Positions 39,385 to 51,880 of a stretch of DNA of 64,000 nucleotides are shown piece by piece. Below the pieces are notes generated by a model. That model did not search any database and had not been told where the DNA came from. It was given only the letters and a program-made list of their open reading frames with translations. The DNA lies in contig NC_043016.1 of the NCBI RefSeq assembly GCF_006345805.1, forward strand, positions 19,344,001-19,408,000, read 5' to 3'. Position numbers and translations under genes: made by a program. The stretch is from Octopus sinensis. Lineage: Eukaryota. Position 1 is the first letter of the stretch, and each line of letters begins with the position of its first letter.

Positions 39385-40020
39385 ATAATAATAATAATAA
39401 TAATGAAATTAATTGTATACAGTGCTCAGGTGCACCACAACTTGTCAGAAAGTGCATATAAAGTACATGCACTAATGTAGAAATGTCTGGAAAGCAAACA
39501 ATGTATGAGTCAGATACATGCTTGTGTGTGTATGGAGGGGAGAAAATCAAGTGTAGTGTTGGTGAATCTCAGGAAGCATGGAAGTTTTGAAGGATGCAGT
39601 GCTCCGACAACTAACAACTGATGCCGGCAGTTTGTTCCATGCTTCAGCAACTCTCAGCATGAAAAAATGTTTGCTGAAGTCTTGGGAGCTGTGCTGTTTT
39701 CTGACTTTGTAAATATGTCCACGGGTGTTAGATGGGTGGAGTTTGAAAAGGTGCTCAGAGTTATTGTTTGTACGATGGTTGATAATTTTATGGGTGTCTG
39801 CCAAGTCAGCTGCCAGACGTCGGAGTTTCAATGTGTCCATGCCCAGGGAAGTAAGGTGTTCAGGATATGGCAAATGCCTGATGGAGGGTATTCTTTTGGT
39901 TGCACGTCGCTGAACAGCTTCCAGACGATTGATATCCTGGGCAAGATAGGGGTTCCAGACCAGTGATGCAAATTCCAGGTGAGGTCTTACCATAGCTATA
40001 TAAAGCCGCAGATAGATAGC
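39385..40020 (-). mobile_element. CR1-group LINE 3' fragment with an (ATT)n tail
   Basis: MVRPHLEFASLVWNPY...RLEAVQRRATK...TRGHIYK...FFMLRVAEAWNKLP. The same 3' terminus recurs as a solo fragment at about 41035-41080 (+). Confidence 0.9.
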
Positions 40021-40069
40021 CAGAGAGCAGCTCACAAGACACCCTCAGCCTTCTTGACAATTTTAGCGA

Positions 40070-40270
40070 TGTGTTTTGTATATATATATATATATACATA
40101 TATATACAACGGGCTTCTTTCAATTTCCGTTTACCAAATCCACCCACAAGGCTTTGGTCGGCCCGAGGCTATAATAGAAGACACTTGCCCAAGGTGCCAC
40201 GCAGTGGGACTGAACCAGGAACCATGTGGTTCGTAAGCACGCTATTTACAACACAGCAACTTCTATGCCT
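40070..40270 (-). mobile_element. SINE family A 5' half
   Basis: Reverse complement of the family A head. Confidence 0.8.
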
Positions 40271-40637
40271 ATGTATATACCATGTAGTTTTATCACAAGT
40301 TGTGGTACATTGACAAGCCTCAAATTTAGGGAGAAATAAATTCATTTGTATCTACTTGCAGCTACAAGGACAACCAAGATATAAATAATGAAAATCAGAA
40401 TGAATGATAGAGAAAGATCTACTCGCATAATAAAATAAGTATAGATAGAAAAAAAAAGCTCTCTCTCTCAGCTATTCTCTCCCCTTGTGGTAGGTTTCTT
40501 CCCCTCTTCAATTACTTACCAAACCCTATTTCTCTCTGCCTCAGAAGTTGAAAACAACCACAGATGGTGGCAGCAGCAACAGCAGCCGTTCAAGAATTTG
40601 GACCAGGAGATCTCCATTTCCTGCGACTTCGAGGGCC

Positions 40638-40668
40638 ACATACATACATACATACATACATACATACA

Positions 40669-40702
<34 letters not shown>

Positions 40703-40858
40703 CATTACATACATACATACATTACATACATCCATTATATACATACATACATACATTACATACATACACACATACATACATACATTACATACATGCATAC
40801 ATACATGCATTCATACATATATACCTTACATACATACATGCATTCATACATATATACC

Positions 40859-40889
<31 letters not shown>

Positions 40890-40895
40890 CATACA

Positions 40896-40929
<34 letters not shown>

Positions 40930-41129
40930 AGTACATACATACATACATACATTACGACACTGCATCTTTTAAGGCCCTCATGCTTTCCGAAATCCGCCGA
41001 AACTACACCTGATTATATATACACTTTAGATGAGTTGTAGTGCACCTGAGCACTGTACACAATTATTATTATTATTATTATACATACATTACATACATAC
41101 ATATATACGTACATACATACATACATACA

Positions 41130-41160
<31 letters not shown>

Positions 41161-41703
41161 CATACATTACATACATACATACATACATACATACATTACA
41201 TACATACATACATTACATACATATATACATACATACATTACATACATACATTACATACATACATACATACATACATGCATACATACATACATACATTACA
41301 TACATACATACATGCATTCATACATACATACATTACATACATACATACATTACATACATATATACATACATACATACATACATACATTACATACATACAT
41401 GCATGCATTCATACATACATACATTACATACATACATACATACATTACATACATACATTACATACATACATTACATACGTGCATTCATACATACATACAT
41501 TACATACGTGCATTCATACATACATACATACATATATACATACATACATACATACATACATACATACATACATACATTACATACATACATTACATACGTG
41601 CATTCATACATACTTACATACATACATACATACATACATTACATACATACATTACATACGTGCATTCATACATACATACATACATACATACATACATACA
41701 TAC
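40638..41703. repeat. Two (CATA)n arrays with TTACA variants (40638-40952 and 41080-41703)
   Basis: Directly visible. Confidence 0.96.
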
Positions 41704-42082
41704 ACAATATAGATTGATATCAATGTGGCATTAATATCTATATTTCATAGAGTATTTTATGTGTACATCTGTGCATGTGTATACTAGAATATTTAAATAC
41801 TATAGATTATATAAAATAATCAAGAAATTTCAAAATATGGGAAATATGAGTGTGTATGTACTCACATACAATGTATATATATTTTTTTAAAATAAAGCCT
41901 GGGTTTCAAATCAGGACGTTCACATAAGTGGCATTTTCTCGGGGGTTTTTTTTGGGGGGAGGGGGTATTTTCCATTTTTTATTTTATTTATTACAATGAC
42001 CTTTGAAATAACAAGGGATACCTTTATCAAAAAAGTTTCAGAAAATCCATGATTTCTTTTCACCCCATTCCTCTCCCCTCTC

Positions 42083-42499
42083 GGATCTTTTCGGTTTGAA
42101 TGGCAGTTTTTTTCTAGCGGTGTCATACGAAATTGTCACCCATAATTATGACCCTAGTATCGATCTATTGCATTTCAATCTGATTTAGGGTTAGGGTTAG
42201 TTAGGGTTGGGGGAAGGGTATCTTTTTTCTTCACAAATGTAAATAAACCCAATCTGTTTCTTAAACGAGGGACATTTTCATACAGCGCAGAATGTTTTTA
42301 CCTCCATAGACGTCATTGATTGGTTGAAATTGCAGAAATTGAAGAAAAAAAACAAATATCTTACAAACTATAGAATTTTCTCAATAAAGCCAAGAGAGAA
42401 AGATGTTTTATAAACACATTCTACCAGTATACGAAGTTTAAAATTTTTTAGTTACGTGGAAATTATTTTAAAAAACTGCCGGTCAAACCGAAAAGATCC
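42083..42499 (+). mobile_element. hAT-type MITE with a TTAGGG tract
   Basis: TIRs. Perfect 8-bp TSD cccctctc. Confidence 0.92.
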
Positions 42500-42883
42500 C
42501 CCCCTCTCCTTCACTACTGCCCTCTGGACCAATTTTGGTGATTTTTTTTTTTTTTTTGCTCTATGCACTTAAAAACCATTGCAGAAACCGTTTACGATGA
42601 AAAAAAAAACTGTCAATATTTTGAAACGAAAGGTGTGTGGTCTAAGGGAGACCAGTGTGTTGTTTCTAGCACATCCCACGACCACCTTCCTTATTTCTTT
42701 GTTACTCTCACATGCATTCATGTTTTTCAGTGCGTGTTGAGGTTCTGTGTATACCTACGTTCACACTATCACAACGTGTAGACGATAGTTCAGTTGATCA
42801 AACAAGTGTGCGCATTCACACGCGTAGAGTTTCTGTCTGTTGTATTCGGTTCACAAAGCGTTGGCTAGCCTGATTCTATAGTT

Positions 42884-43118
42884 ATTTCTTTACTACCCAC
42901 AAGTGGCTAAACACAGAGGGGACAAACAAGGACAGACAAACGGATTAAATCGATTACATCGACTTCAGTGCGTAACTGCTACTTAATTTATCGACCCCGA
43001 AAGGATGAAAGGTAAAGTCGACCTCGGCAGAATTTGAACTCAGAACGTAATGCCAGACGAAATACGGTTACGATTTTCGCCCGGCGTGCTAACGTTTCTG
43101 CCAGCTCGCCGCCTTGGT
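42884..43118 (-). mobile_element. SINE family B monomer with a 14-bp TSD
   Basis: TSD ctgattctatagtt at 42870-42883 and 43119-43132. Confidence 0.92.
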
Positions 43119-43566
43119 CTGATTCTATAGTTGAAGACTCGTGCCTAAGCTTATGGTCACGAATTGTACTTGCTAATTGCACAGTTATGACCAAATCCGC
43201 CGCTATATTCAAATCAAATGCCTTGATACAGTTACCTCCCTTGATTAATTATTTCAATGGATTTTCTCCCTTTAAATTACTTTCCAATTCGGTAGGGTTT
43301 TTCAGTATTATTGGAAATACAGCGTATAAAGCGGCAAAGCCGTGTATTTATAATGCAGTGGAAGCGAATGCAAAGCTGTAAAGCTGTTTGACACGTTGGT
43401 AATCTTCCCGGCATTCTGCATCTTATGTTGCGGGCTATTTCAAAGCAGCTTTCAACTGTGGGAATTTTTAATCAGTTTAGCAGTATTTTGTGAGGGTGTT
43501 AATGTATATTTTGAACCTATTGGGCTTTCTCTTGTCTCCAGCCGCTAATCTAGGAGCCGATACTTT

Positions 43567-44425
43567 ATATGTATGTATGTATGTATGTATGTATATATGT
43601 ATGTATGTATGTATGTATACATGCATGTATACATGCATGTATGTATGCATGTATGCGTGCATGTATGTATGCATATATGTATGTATGCATGTATGTATAC
43701 ATGCATGTGTGCTTGCATGTATGTATGCATGCATGTATGTATGCATGCATGTATACGTGCATGTATGCATGTATGCATGTATGTATGTATACGTGCATGA
43801 ATGGGTGAATGTATGCATGCATGTATGCATGTATGCGTGCATGTATGTATGCATATATGTATGTATACATGCATGTGTGCGTACATCTATGAATGCATGT
43901 ATGCGTGCGTGTATTCGTGCATGTATGCCTGCATGTATGCATGTATATATGTATGTATACATGCATGTATGTGTGCATGAATGCATATTGTATGTATGCA
44001 TGTATGAGTGCATGTATGTATGCATATATGTATGTATGTATACATGCATTTGTGCGTGTATGTATGTATGCATGTATGCGTGCATATATGCATGTATGCG
44101 TGCATATATGCATGTATGAATTCATGAATGTATACATGCATGTATGCGTGCATGTATGCATGTATGTATGTATGTGTGTATGTATACATGCATGTGTGCG
44201 TGCATATATGCATGCATGAATGTATGCATGTATGCGTGCATCTAAGCGTGCATGTATGCATGTACGTATGCATGTATGTATGTATACATGCATGTATGCG
44301 TGCATGTATGCATGTATGTATGTATGTATGTATGTATGTATGTATACATGCAATGTGCGTGCATGTATGCATGCATGTATGTATGTATGTATGTATGTAT
44401 GTGTGTATGTATGTATGTATGTGTG
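43567..44425. repeat. Diverged (TATG/CATG/TGCG) alternating purine-pyrimidine array
   Basis: Directly visible. Confidence 0.95.
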
Positions 44426-44429
44426 CAGA

Positions 44430-45350
44430 TTTGTATGCTTTGTTTTATGTATGTCTTTTCATGCATATAGTTTTATGTGTAGACATACTCATATATACTT
44501 AAATGATAAACGTTTGAAAATTTTTTTAGATTTTTACAGTTCCAGTGATGGATTAGATCTATAGTCTTCGAATCAGCTTTCTCCTTTTTGGTTTTGGGAA
44601 GCATAATTTCTCAAGACTGGTATATGGGCAGTGTGTTACATATCCCCGTGCCCCAATAGTTATCCATATAAACCTGAACTTATTATCTGGATAGAGTAGC
44701 TGTAGATTCATCAGTAGTTCAGTGTAGGCATTTTCTTCTTTGCTGATCTTTATCTTTATGCTAACATCCACCGGGCAACTGATTTATGCAACTGTGCACA
44801 GTTTCTCTCCTCTATCCCAAATTACTATGTCAGGTCTATTATATTTACATTTCATTGAGATTTTTACTGAGACATCCCACCAGTAGTCCCTTTTATGATG
44901 AGTGGCTTTTAATTCAACAATACTGTAGGTTCTTATTTTCATTAGCCTCAAGAGTTGTCCTTCTGATTGATCTCATTATACAGTGTCCTAGCTACATCAT
45001 GTCTTATCAGTAGATAATACTGTGATGACATTTTAGGACAATTGCTTGCGATGTGGTTGATGTTTTCAGGGTTAACTCCAAGAAGTCTGCGTCAGTTACC
45101 ACATTTTACTGCTTTTCCTGCATCGCATCTCTGTCCCTTTTGTGCATCAGGTATTTGCTTGATATTTCTTGTTCTGGATTGCAAACGCACATCCTTCAAA
45201 GTGGAATTTAGTAATCTGGTTGTTTGATCCATGATAGACTGCTTTGATGATCAATGTTACTATCATCCTGGAGCTTTCTACTAACATATCTATGCACGGT
45301 CTTCTGCTGATGTACACTCATCTTCTGTAGTACAGTTGTACTACTTCTTT
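44430..45350 (-). mobile_element. R4/Dong-like LINE 3' fragment (RLE domain)
   Basis: DVSIKIKISKEENAYTELLMNLQLLYPDNKFRFIWITIGARGYV...LIRRL, homologous to about 6950-7170. Confidence 0.7.
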
Positions 45351-45840
45351 GGGAAACGTTTGCGCTTCCCTCTTACACTATTTCTCCTCCTACTGCTGTA
45401 ACTTACCCTCTTTCTCTCTTACGCTTCCACTTTTACTACCCTTTCTTTCCTGTCTACTTTGCCTATACCTCTCTACAACATTAGAGAAGTTGAACCGCTC
45501 ACCGGGTAATGTTTTCTCTCTGGCTATGTCTTCTCTTCTTATAGCCAGATTGCCCTCAAATCACATCCTACTGTCTCTTAGAAAAGACGCATTTAATGAT
45601 GTCTTTCTAGACGTACAGTTTCAGAAATACAGAATGGTTGGTCAAGCTGAAACATCGTTAATCATACTTACTCAGGAGTGGTCTGGGGCTAAATAATCAG
45701 ATATGTTTTATGTACAAAGTAACGTATACGTGTAACACATGTTAAATGAATGTATTGGTGAAGCACGTTTAGTGCCTGACCAAACAAAATTTTGAGTCGA
45801 GCTCAAATAAACCTTGACAATAATTTCGTAACCTTAAAGT

Positions 45841-46253
45841 GGCGAGCTGGCAGAAACGTTAGCGCGCCGGGCGAAATGCGTAGCCGTATTTCGTCTGCCG
45901 TTACGTTCTGAGTTCAAATTCCGCCGAGGTCGACTTTGCCTTTAATCCTTTCGGGGTCGATAAATTAAGTACCAGTTACGCACTGGGGTCGATATAATCG
46001 ACTTAATCCGTTTGTCTGTCCTTGTTTGTCCCCTCTGTGTTTAGACCCTTGTGGGTAGTAAAAAAAATAGGTATTCCGTCTGCCGCTGCGTTCTGAGTTC
46101 AAATTCCGCCGAGATCGACTTTGCCTTTCATCCTTTCGGGGTCGATAAATGAAGTACCAGTTTTGCACTGGGGTCGATGTAATCGACTTAATCCCTTTGT
46201 CTGTCCTTGTTTGTTCCCTCTATGTTTAGCCCCTTGTGGGCAATAAAGAAATA
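45841..46253 (+). mobile_element. SINE family B dimer
   Basis: Head at 45841. The second unit joins at about 46070 (aaatag|gtattccgtctg). Confidence 0.9.
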
Positions 46254-46717
46254 TATATTAAATGGTTGGACCCACTCCTCTTTAACTGCCTTCTTTCAAA
46301 TTGAAACATCAATTGACTGAACAGAATCCCCAACACAGAGATTCTTACAAAATGATATTCTGAGAATAGAGAGGTTACTTATCAAACTGAGGTAAGTTGA
46401 CCATGTGGTACACATGGAAGACACTCGCTTATATTATACGTGTATGCTTGTATGTATAACTGTACTTTTATGTACGTATACATTTGTGTGTGTGTATGTG
46501 TGTGGGTGCATATGTGTGCCTGTGTGTGTGAATATATGTGTGTTTGTGCTTGTGTGTGCATGTGTGTGCGTGTTCAGGTGTTTGTGTATATGTGTAAATG
46601 GCCATTCGTTTGAACTGTCCCTTTGTCCCTTTGTCTGTCCTTGTTTGTCCCCTCTGTATTTAGCCCCTTGTGGGTAGTAAAGAAATACATGAGTACAGAG
46701 TAAATCTTTCTTCCAGA

Positions 46718-47205
46718 CAATTCCAAAAAGAAAAACGTCATGGCAACACAGATGTATCCTACTTCCGTGTACTGCTTTATGGCTCTTTCTCGTCCCTTAC
46801 TTTTTTTTATTTCCTTCTCATTTCAACAATTCTTACATACAATTCCAAAAAGAAAAACGTCATGGCAACACAGATGTATCCTACCTCCGTGTACTGCTTT
46901 ATGGCTCTTTCTCGTCCCTTACTTTTTTTTATTTCCTTCTCATTTCAACAATTCTTACATACAATTCCAAAAAGAAAAACGTCATGGCAACACAGATGTA
47001 TCCTACTTCCGTGTACTGCTTTATGGCTCTTTCTCGTCCCTTACTTTTTTTTATTTCCTTCTCATTTCAACAATTCTTACATACAATTCCAAAAAGAAAA
47101 ACGTCATGGCAACACAGATGTATCCTACCTCCGTGTACTGCTTTATGGCTCTTTCTCGTCCCTTACTTTTTTTTATTTCCTTCTCATTTCAATAATTCTT
47201 ACATA
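46718..47205. repeat. Tandem repeat, 4 x 122 bp, near-identical units
   Basis: caattccaaaaagaaaaacgtcatggc... starts at 46718, 46840, 46962 and 47084. Confidence 0.95.
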
Positions 47206-47855
47206 CAAACTCGATCGTTGTTATCTAATACCAGTTTTATCTTTCAAACATTGTATTATTGTCATCGTCATCATCACCATCATATCATATCCCAATATTA
47301 TACCTTTTACTTCTAAAACTAAAGGAAATAAATTGCTTACATATTAAATCTATAATCAATTTTTTTCATTATAAAGGAAACTGAATACAAAATACAAGAA
47401 AAATTAAAATTCTATTGAAGAAAGAAATAAAAAAACTATTGTTTGTTTAAGATATATCTTTTATTAGATCTTTTGAAAGACAAAAATGAATAAATTCATA
47501 CATTGTCCATTGACGATTTACTCCCAATGAAATTTTTGATTTCCCTTCAATTTTTAAAAAAAATTTTATCAGGTAAATCAAAATTTAAAATATCGATATC
47601 AATTTGATTTTAAAAATATATATCGCAGCTTGGAGTTAAATGTTTATAAAGGAAGATATCTTTTAACTGACTTCTTTTTTTGGGGCCTTTGTGTTACTCT
47701 TTTTTTTCGCCCTATCATAGCATCTGCTTCTTTTCCTTACTTGTGAACGTCGTCTTTTCCATCTTCTCTTTTTTAAGTGACCCCTTGACTTCTTTCTTTT
47801 TTGGCAACCTGGATTTTTTTTTTCTCTTTGGGTGACACCTTCGCTTCTTTCTTAC

Positions 47856-48179
47856 TTAGCATCTTCTCCTTCTCCTTCTCCTTCTGCGCCTTCTGCATGT
47901 AGGGCGCTTCTTTTTGCAAGCTTTTTTTTTGGGCTTTTTACACCTCTTTCTTCTTCTTCTCTTTCGACAGCACCCCCCTCCAGAGGGCTGTGTATCTCTT
48001 GACCTTGAAGAAAGGCGCTTCATAATTTCGAAATTTAAAAACATGTTCTTTTTGGCGCCCCCAATTGTCCTCATTGTTCTACGTTTCCTCCTCTGTACTT
48101 CTCTTCTACGTGACCTTTTATGAGGCTCTTCTCTGTTACAGCAATCACGCTCCATTTGGGCAGTATCCTGGACCGTCAT
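47856..48179 (-). CDS. Protamine-like / sperm nuclear basic protein precursor (Arg/Lys/Cys-rich), 107 aa, intronless
   Basis: By my count 32 Arg, 15 Lys and 8 Cys. C-terminal 41 aa GGGCCRKRRRRKRCKKPKKKACKKKRPTCRRRRRRRRRRRC (28 basic, 6 Cys) follows a less basic leader. A-rich start context aaaATGA. Upstream CRE, downstream AATAAA (plus-strand TTTATT at 47460-47465). Unique, non-repeat sequence. Confidence 0.72.
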   Translation of the reverse strand: MTVQDTAQMERDCCNREEPHKRSRRREVQRRKRRTMRTIGGAKKNMFLNFEIMKRLSSRSRDTQPSGGGCCRKRRRRKRCKKPKKKACKKKRPTCRRRRRRRRRRRC

Positions 48180-48281
48180 TTATTTTTTTTTCTCTCTTGT
48201 TATTCTTCCTTTTTGCGAACGTTAATATCTCGAAACAAAGACGCCGAAAGCTTAGAAAGATACTAACAAATGGAAATGTTA

Positions 48282-48295
48282 TTATGACGTCATAA
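48282..48295. promoter_or_regulatory. Palindromic CRE (TTATGACGTCATAA) about 105 bp upstream of the protamine-like ATG
   Basis: Core TGACGTCA at 48285-48292 inside a perfect 14-bp palindrome. Confidence 0.55.
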
Positions 48296-49214
48296 GCTTT
48301 GTGATATACTATTGGTTATCGTGAAAGAGAGAGATAAGCGAGTCTATACTGACTGAAGGGGTTTAGCTTCTTTCAAGTTAAGTCATTTGTTTTTAGTAGT
48401 TTTTACTTTCTTTTTCATAATGAAAATATGAAAAACAACATGCGTTCATTGCCCGTATAGCAACAACTTTTTGTTGTGGTTGTTGTTACGGCCTGGTACC
48501 GACAAGGATATTGTAATCAAAAGCAAGTACCGAAAAGTTTAAAGTTTCAAAAAATATTTACAAAAATATTTCTGTGTATAGACTATATACACAAGCAAAA
48601 CAATTGAATAGAATATAGCTATTTAAAAACACTCTATACTCTTCAATAATTGGTAATTTTTTTTTGTTTTGACATACTTCAATCAACGCACTAAATTCTT
48701 TTTCTTTATAATTTGGAAAATACAAATAATTGACTTAACATTTAAATACAAGGGGCATTTTCATTATTCCCCTGCATTTCAGTGTCATTTCTATCACTGA
48801 TCCTATTGAAGTGACTAAATATGTACAGACAAGTGTAGGATCGCAAGCTCTCCGATAGATTTCTTATCAAACCTCAAGCTGAAGAAACATGTAGCATCCC
48901 TTATTCTTCCCCCTAACCCCAGTCAACCGAACCATTTCCCACATCAGTTGAGTTAGAGATTGCCTTTCTTGTGAATGATCTCCGCGAGATTATGTGACTT
49001 TTCAGTACATATCCCTCGCCATTCCTTAGAGTAAATGCATTTTGTCAGATGATACTACGAATTGTAGCCTCGGGTCAACCAAAATAGGGTGAGCGATATT
49101 GGATAGATGGAAACTGTACGAATGAACTGTTCCTATTGGAAGCTACTCGGATGAACTGTCCCTATGAAAGCTACTCGGATGAACTGTTCCTCGGATGAAA
49201 CTGTTCTCGGTTTC

Positions 49215-49395
49215 CATGACGTATATATTCCGGGCCTGGACGAGACACCGCCCCGTCGCAGGATTATTCATTTTGGCCAGCTGAGCGGACTAGAGCAACG
49301 TGAAGAACAGAACGCATCGACCGGTCCAGGAATCGAAACCACAATCTTATGATCATGATTCCAGCACCCTGGCCACTAAGCCACGTGCCTCCAGT
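49215..49395 (-). mobile_element. Diverged tRNA-derived SINE (family C-like head)
   Basis: Minus-strand tggaggcacgtggcttagtgg...ggtttcgattcctggaccgg. Confidence 0.65.
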
Positions 49396-50000
49396 TCTTA
49401 TAGTGTAATATACTTAATCTGTTACCATGCTTACCACCATATCACCACCACCATCACCATTAACACTACCATCACCATTAACACCACCACCACCATCGCC
49501 ACCACCACCACTATCAACATTGTCTGGTTCTGTGGCCTTTGTTGAAGTTGATTCTTTTGCAAGCATTTGATCAGGACTTCTTTTCTCCTATTTGTCACGG
49601 AGAACGCAAAATGACCATTGGCACTTTATCTCATTTCGACTAAAATAAAAGCGGACAACAAGCGGTGTTCTGAAAGAAATACGTTTGAATGAAACCATTA
49701 AGTTGGAATATATCAGAGCAGTGAACTGGTGAACTGGCAGAATCGTTAGAGCATTAAAATAAACGAGCTTATAAAATGCAAACGGTTCTTGGATAAATAC
49801 CCTCAACAAATTTCAGATAATCCGCCCAGATACATCTCTACAAACAATAACTTTTTTGCTCGAATGGGCTATGGTGCCCCAAAAATGATTGAAATATAAA
49901 ACATCATTAAATGTCGTTTTCAAGTTATATTATCAAGATAAATCATGTCCTGGGCCATTTCTGGCCGAAACTTTTTTCTAAGTATTCTAAGCGTGTGTGT

Positions 50001-50042
<42 letters not shown>

Positions 50043-50917
50043 TGATTCTTTAAATTCTTTAAAACAATGCGAATCACAAGAAATAAAACAGGTCGAAGGA
50101 TTGCACTTTTATCTGATATTTCAAATTTTCGGGGTTAGGACCCCACCTCCTGCAAGAAATCTTTGGAGATGTGGTGTATGTATGCGTGTATGTATTTATA
50201 ACACATACATATACATATATGCATATGTGTTTGTGTGTGTATGTGCGTGGTTGTTTGTGTGTGTGTGTGTGTTTTGTGTGTGTGTGTCTGTGTGTGTGTG
50301 TGTGTGTGTGTTATGTAAGTATGTATATATCTATAATAATAGTCTATTCGTCTGAGACCCCTGTGTTTCAGTCTACATTTGCTCTACATAGACATATACC
50401 TTTTTGAGGATCAGCATGATCCCAGGAGTAAAAATATGCCCATCGTTTTGTTCTTGAACATCCAGCATTGGGATCTGATTTAAAGGCATTTGAGTTTTAT
50501 TTCTAGCAGGCTGATTCGAGCTAATGTTCAACTATTATTACCTAATATTCTAAAAAAAAACATACTTAAAATGAGTTTAATTAAACTATAACAACACAAC
50601 ATACAATAAATATTATTAAATATTATCAAAAAAACAATAAAATTAAACAATCTATTTTATACTCAAATATAATTTAAATATATATATATATATATATATA
50701 TATACCATTAAGCACATATTATTTTTATGATATTTAAATAATATTCATATATTACACAAAACACAAAAATAAGAAATTAATATATATATCCTGAGTTACA
50801 AATAAGTATAAAAATTAACAACCACAGACCCCAATACTCAATTTATAAAATCAATAAAATAATATTTCAATAACATTATAAATGCTATTTAAAGTATTAT
50901 TAAAATAAATATAACTT

Positions 50918-51313
50918 ACTAGCAGTATCGCCCGGCGTTGCTCGGGTTTGTTTCGACCCTTTAGAATTGGAATTTTTGAAAAGTAAAAATTTTGCATTAT
51001 GTAGCTTGTTATTCTCTTTAAGTGAACATTTTTCTGGTTGAAATACACCGAAAAATGGCGACACAGCAGTCGAAAAGTCGTAAAAAAACAGGCTTTTCAA
51101 AGAAAAAAAACAAGCTTTTTTTATATAAATAATTTTTGGTGTTAACATGGTCCGATTTGAAATTTTTCTTCTACGGAAGGAAGAGCAAGCCTTCTTCTAT
51201 CATACTCTCAATTTTGGTCAACTTGCGCCGCAGGGTCTCGGAGGAGATAGTGTTAGTTGAAGGCTACCAAACCTGCCATACACAGACAACTTCAGCTTTA
51301 TATAGAGAGAGAT
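50918..51313 (+). mobile_element. HINE/DINE-1-like element, same family as 18413-18810
   Basis: Aligns end to end with 18413-18810. Confidence 0.8.
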
Positions 51314-51649
51314 TTAAACTACATCAGAATATTTTGATGACGCTTATTAACATTTATAAACTATTTTGGTTGATGTTTGTCAGATGGCGTCAGAGATCAA
51401 GGGTGGGGATAAATGACATTCGCTTCGTAAATTTTACATCGAACTAAAAACTTTGGGACAAATTAGCCAACAGTTGGAATTCAACTTGGGAATGGAACAA
51501 TAGAATGATTGCATTACAGAATTCTCATCCGTCTTTAAACTCTGATCAAACACCACCGGGTCACTATAGACGCATTATAGTCATGCTATTTAGCTGTCAT
51601 TAGATTTTTTGCTACCCTGGAAAACTATTTATCTATTTTTTCCGTGTAA

Positions 51650-51880
51650 GTGAAATACTTACTCATACACGGAACTGCTTCGAAACCTCCAGTTTATATA
51701 TCCAGACTATGGATTCATATTCATACCAATAATAATTGGAGCAGTAGGTTTTGTTAGTAAATGCTTAAAGGAGAATCTAGATGAACTGGGATTTTCAGAA
51801 AGAGAAATTGACCGGCTGATTCGTACATTACAAGTGCAATCTGAGTGGAACAGTAAGAATATGCAAGGCTTTTAAGTCCC
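51650..51880 (+). mobile_element. R4/Dong-like LINE RLE C-terminal fragment
   Basis: LRNLQFIYPDYGFIFIPIIIGAVGFVSKCLKENLDELGFSEREIDRLIRTLQVQS. Confidence 0.75.

Noticed and set aside
46718-47205. CRISPR-like or protein-coding repeat (ORFs 46670-47347)
   Set aside because: Units are contiguous with no unique spacers, the context is eukaryotic, and the ORFs only reflect stop-free frames of the 122-bp unit.
47960-48050. HMG-box-like hints in the protamine-like locus (KNMFLNF in frame; LWRGVLSKEKK and APYMQKAQKEKEK in a shifted frame)
   Set aside because: The motifs are in different frames, the spacing is too short for an HMG fold, and K/E-rich frames arise trivially from AGA repeats.
49120-49212. 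About 2.5 copies of a 28-29-bp tandem unit (tgaactgt.cctat..aagctactcgga)
   Set aside because: Ordinary small tandem duplication with no further structure.
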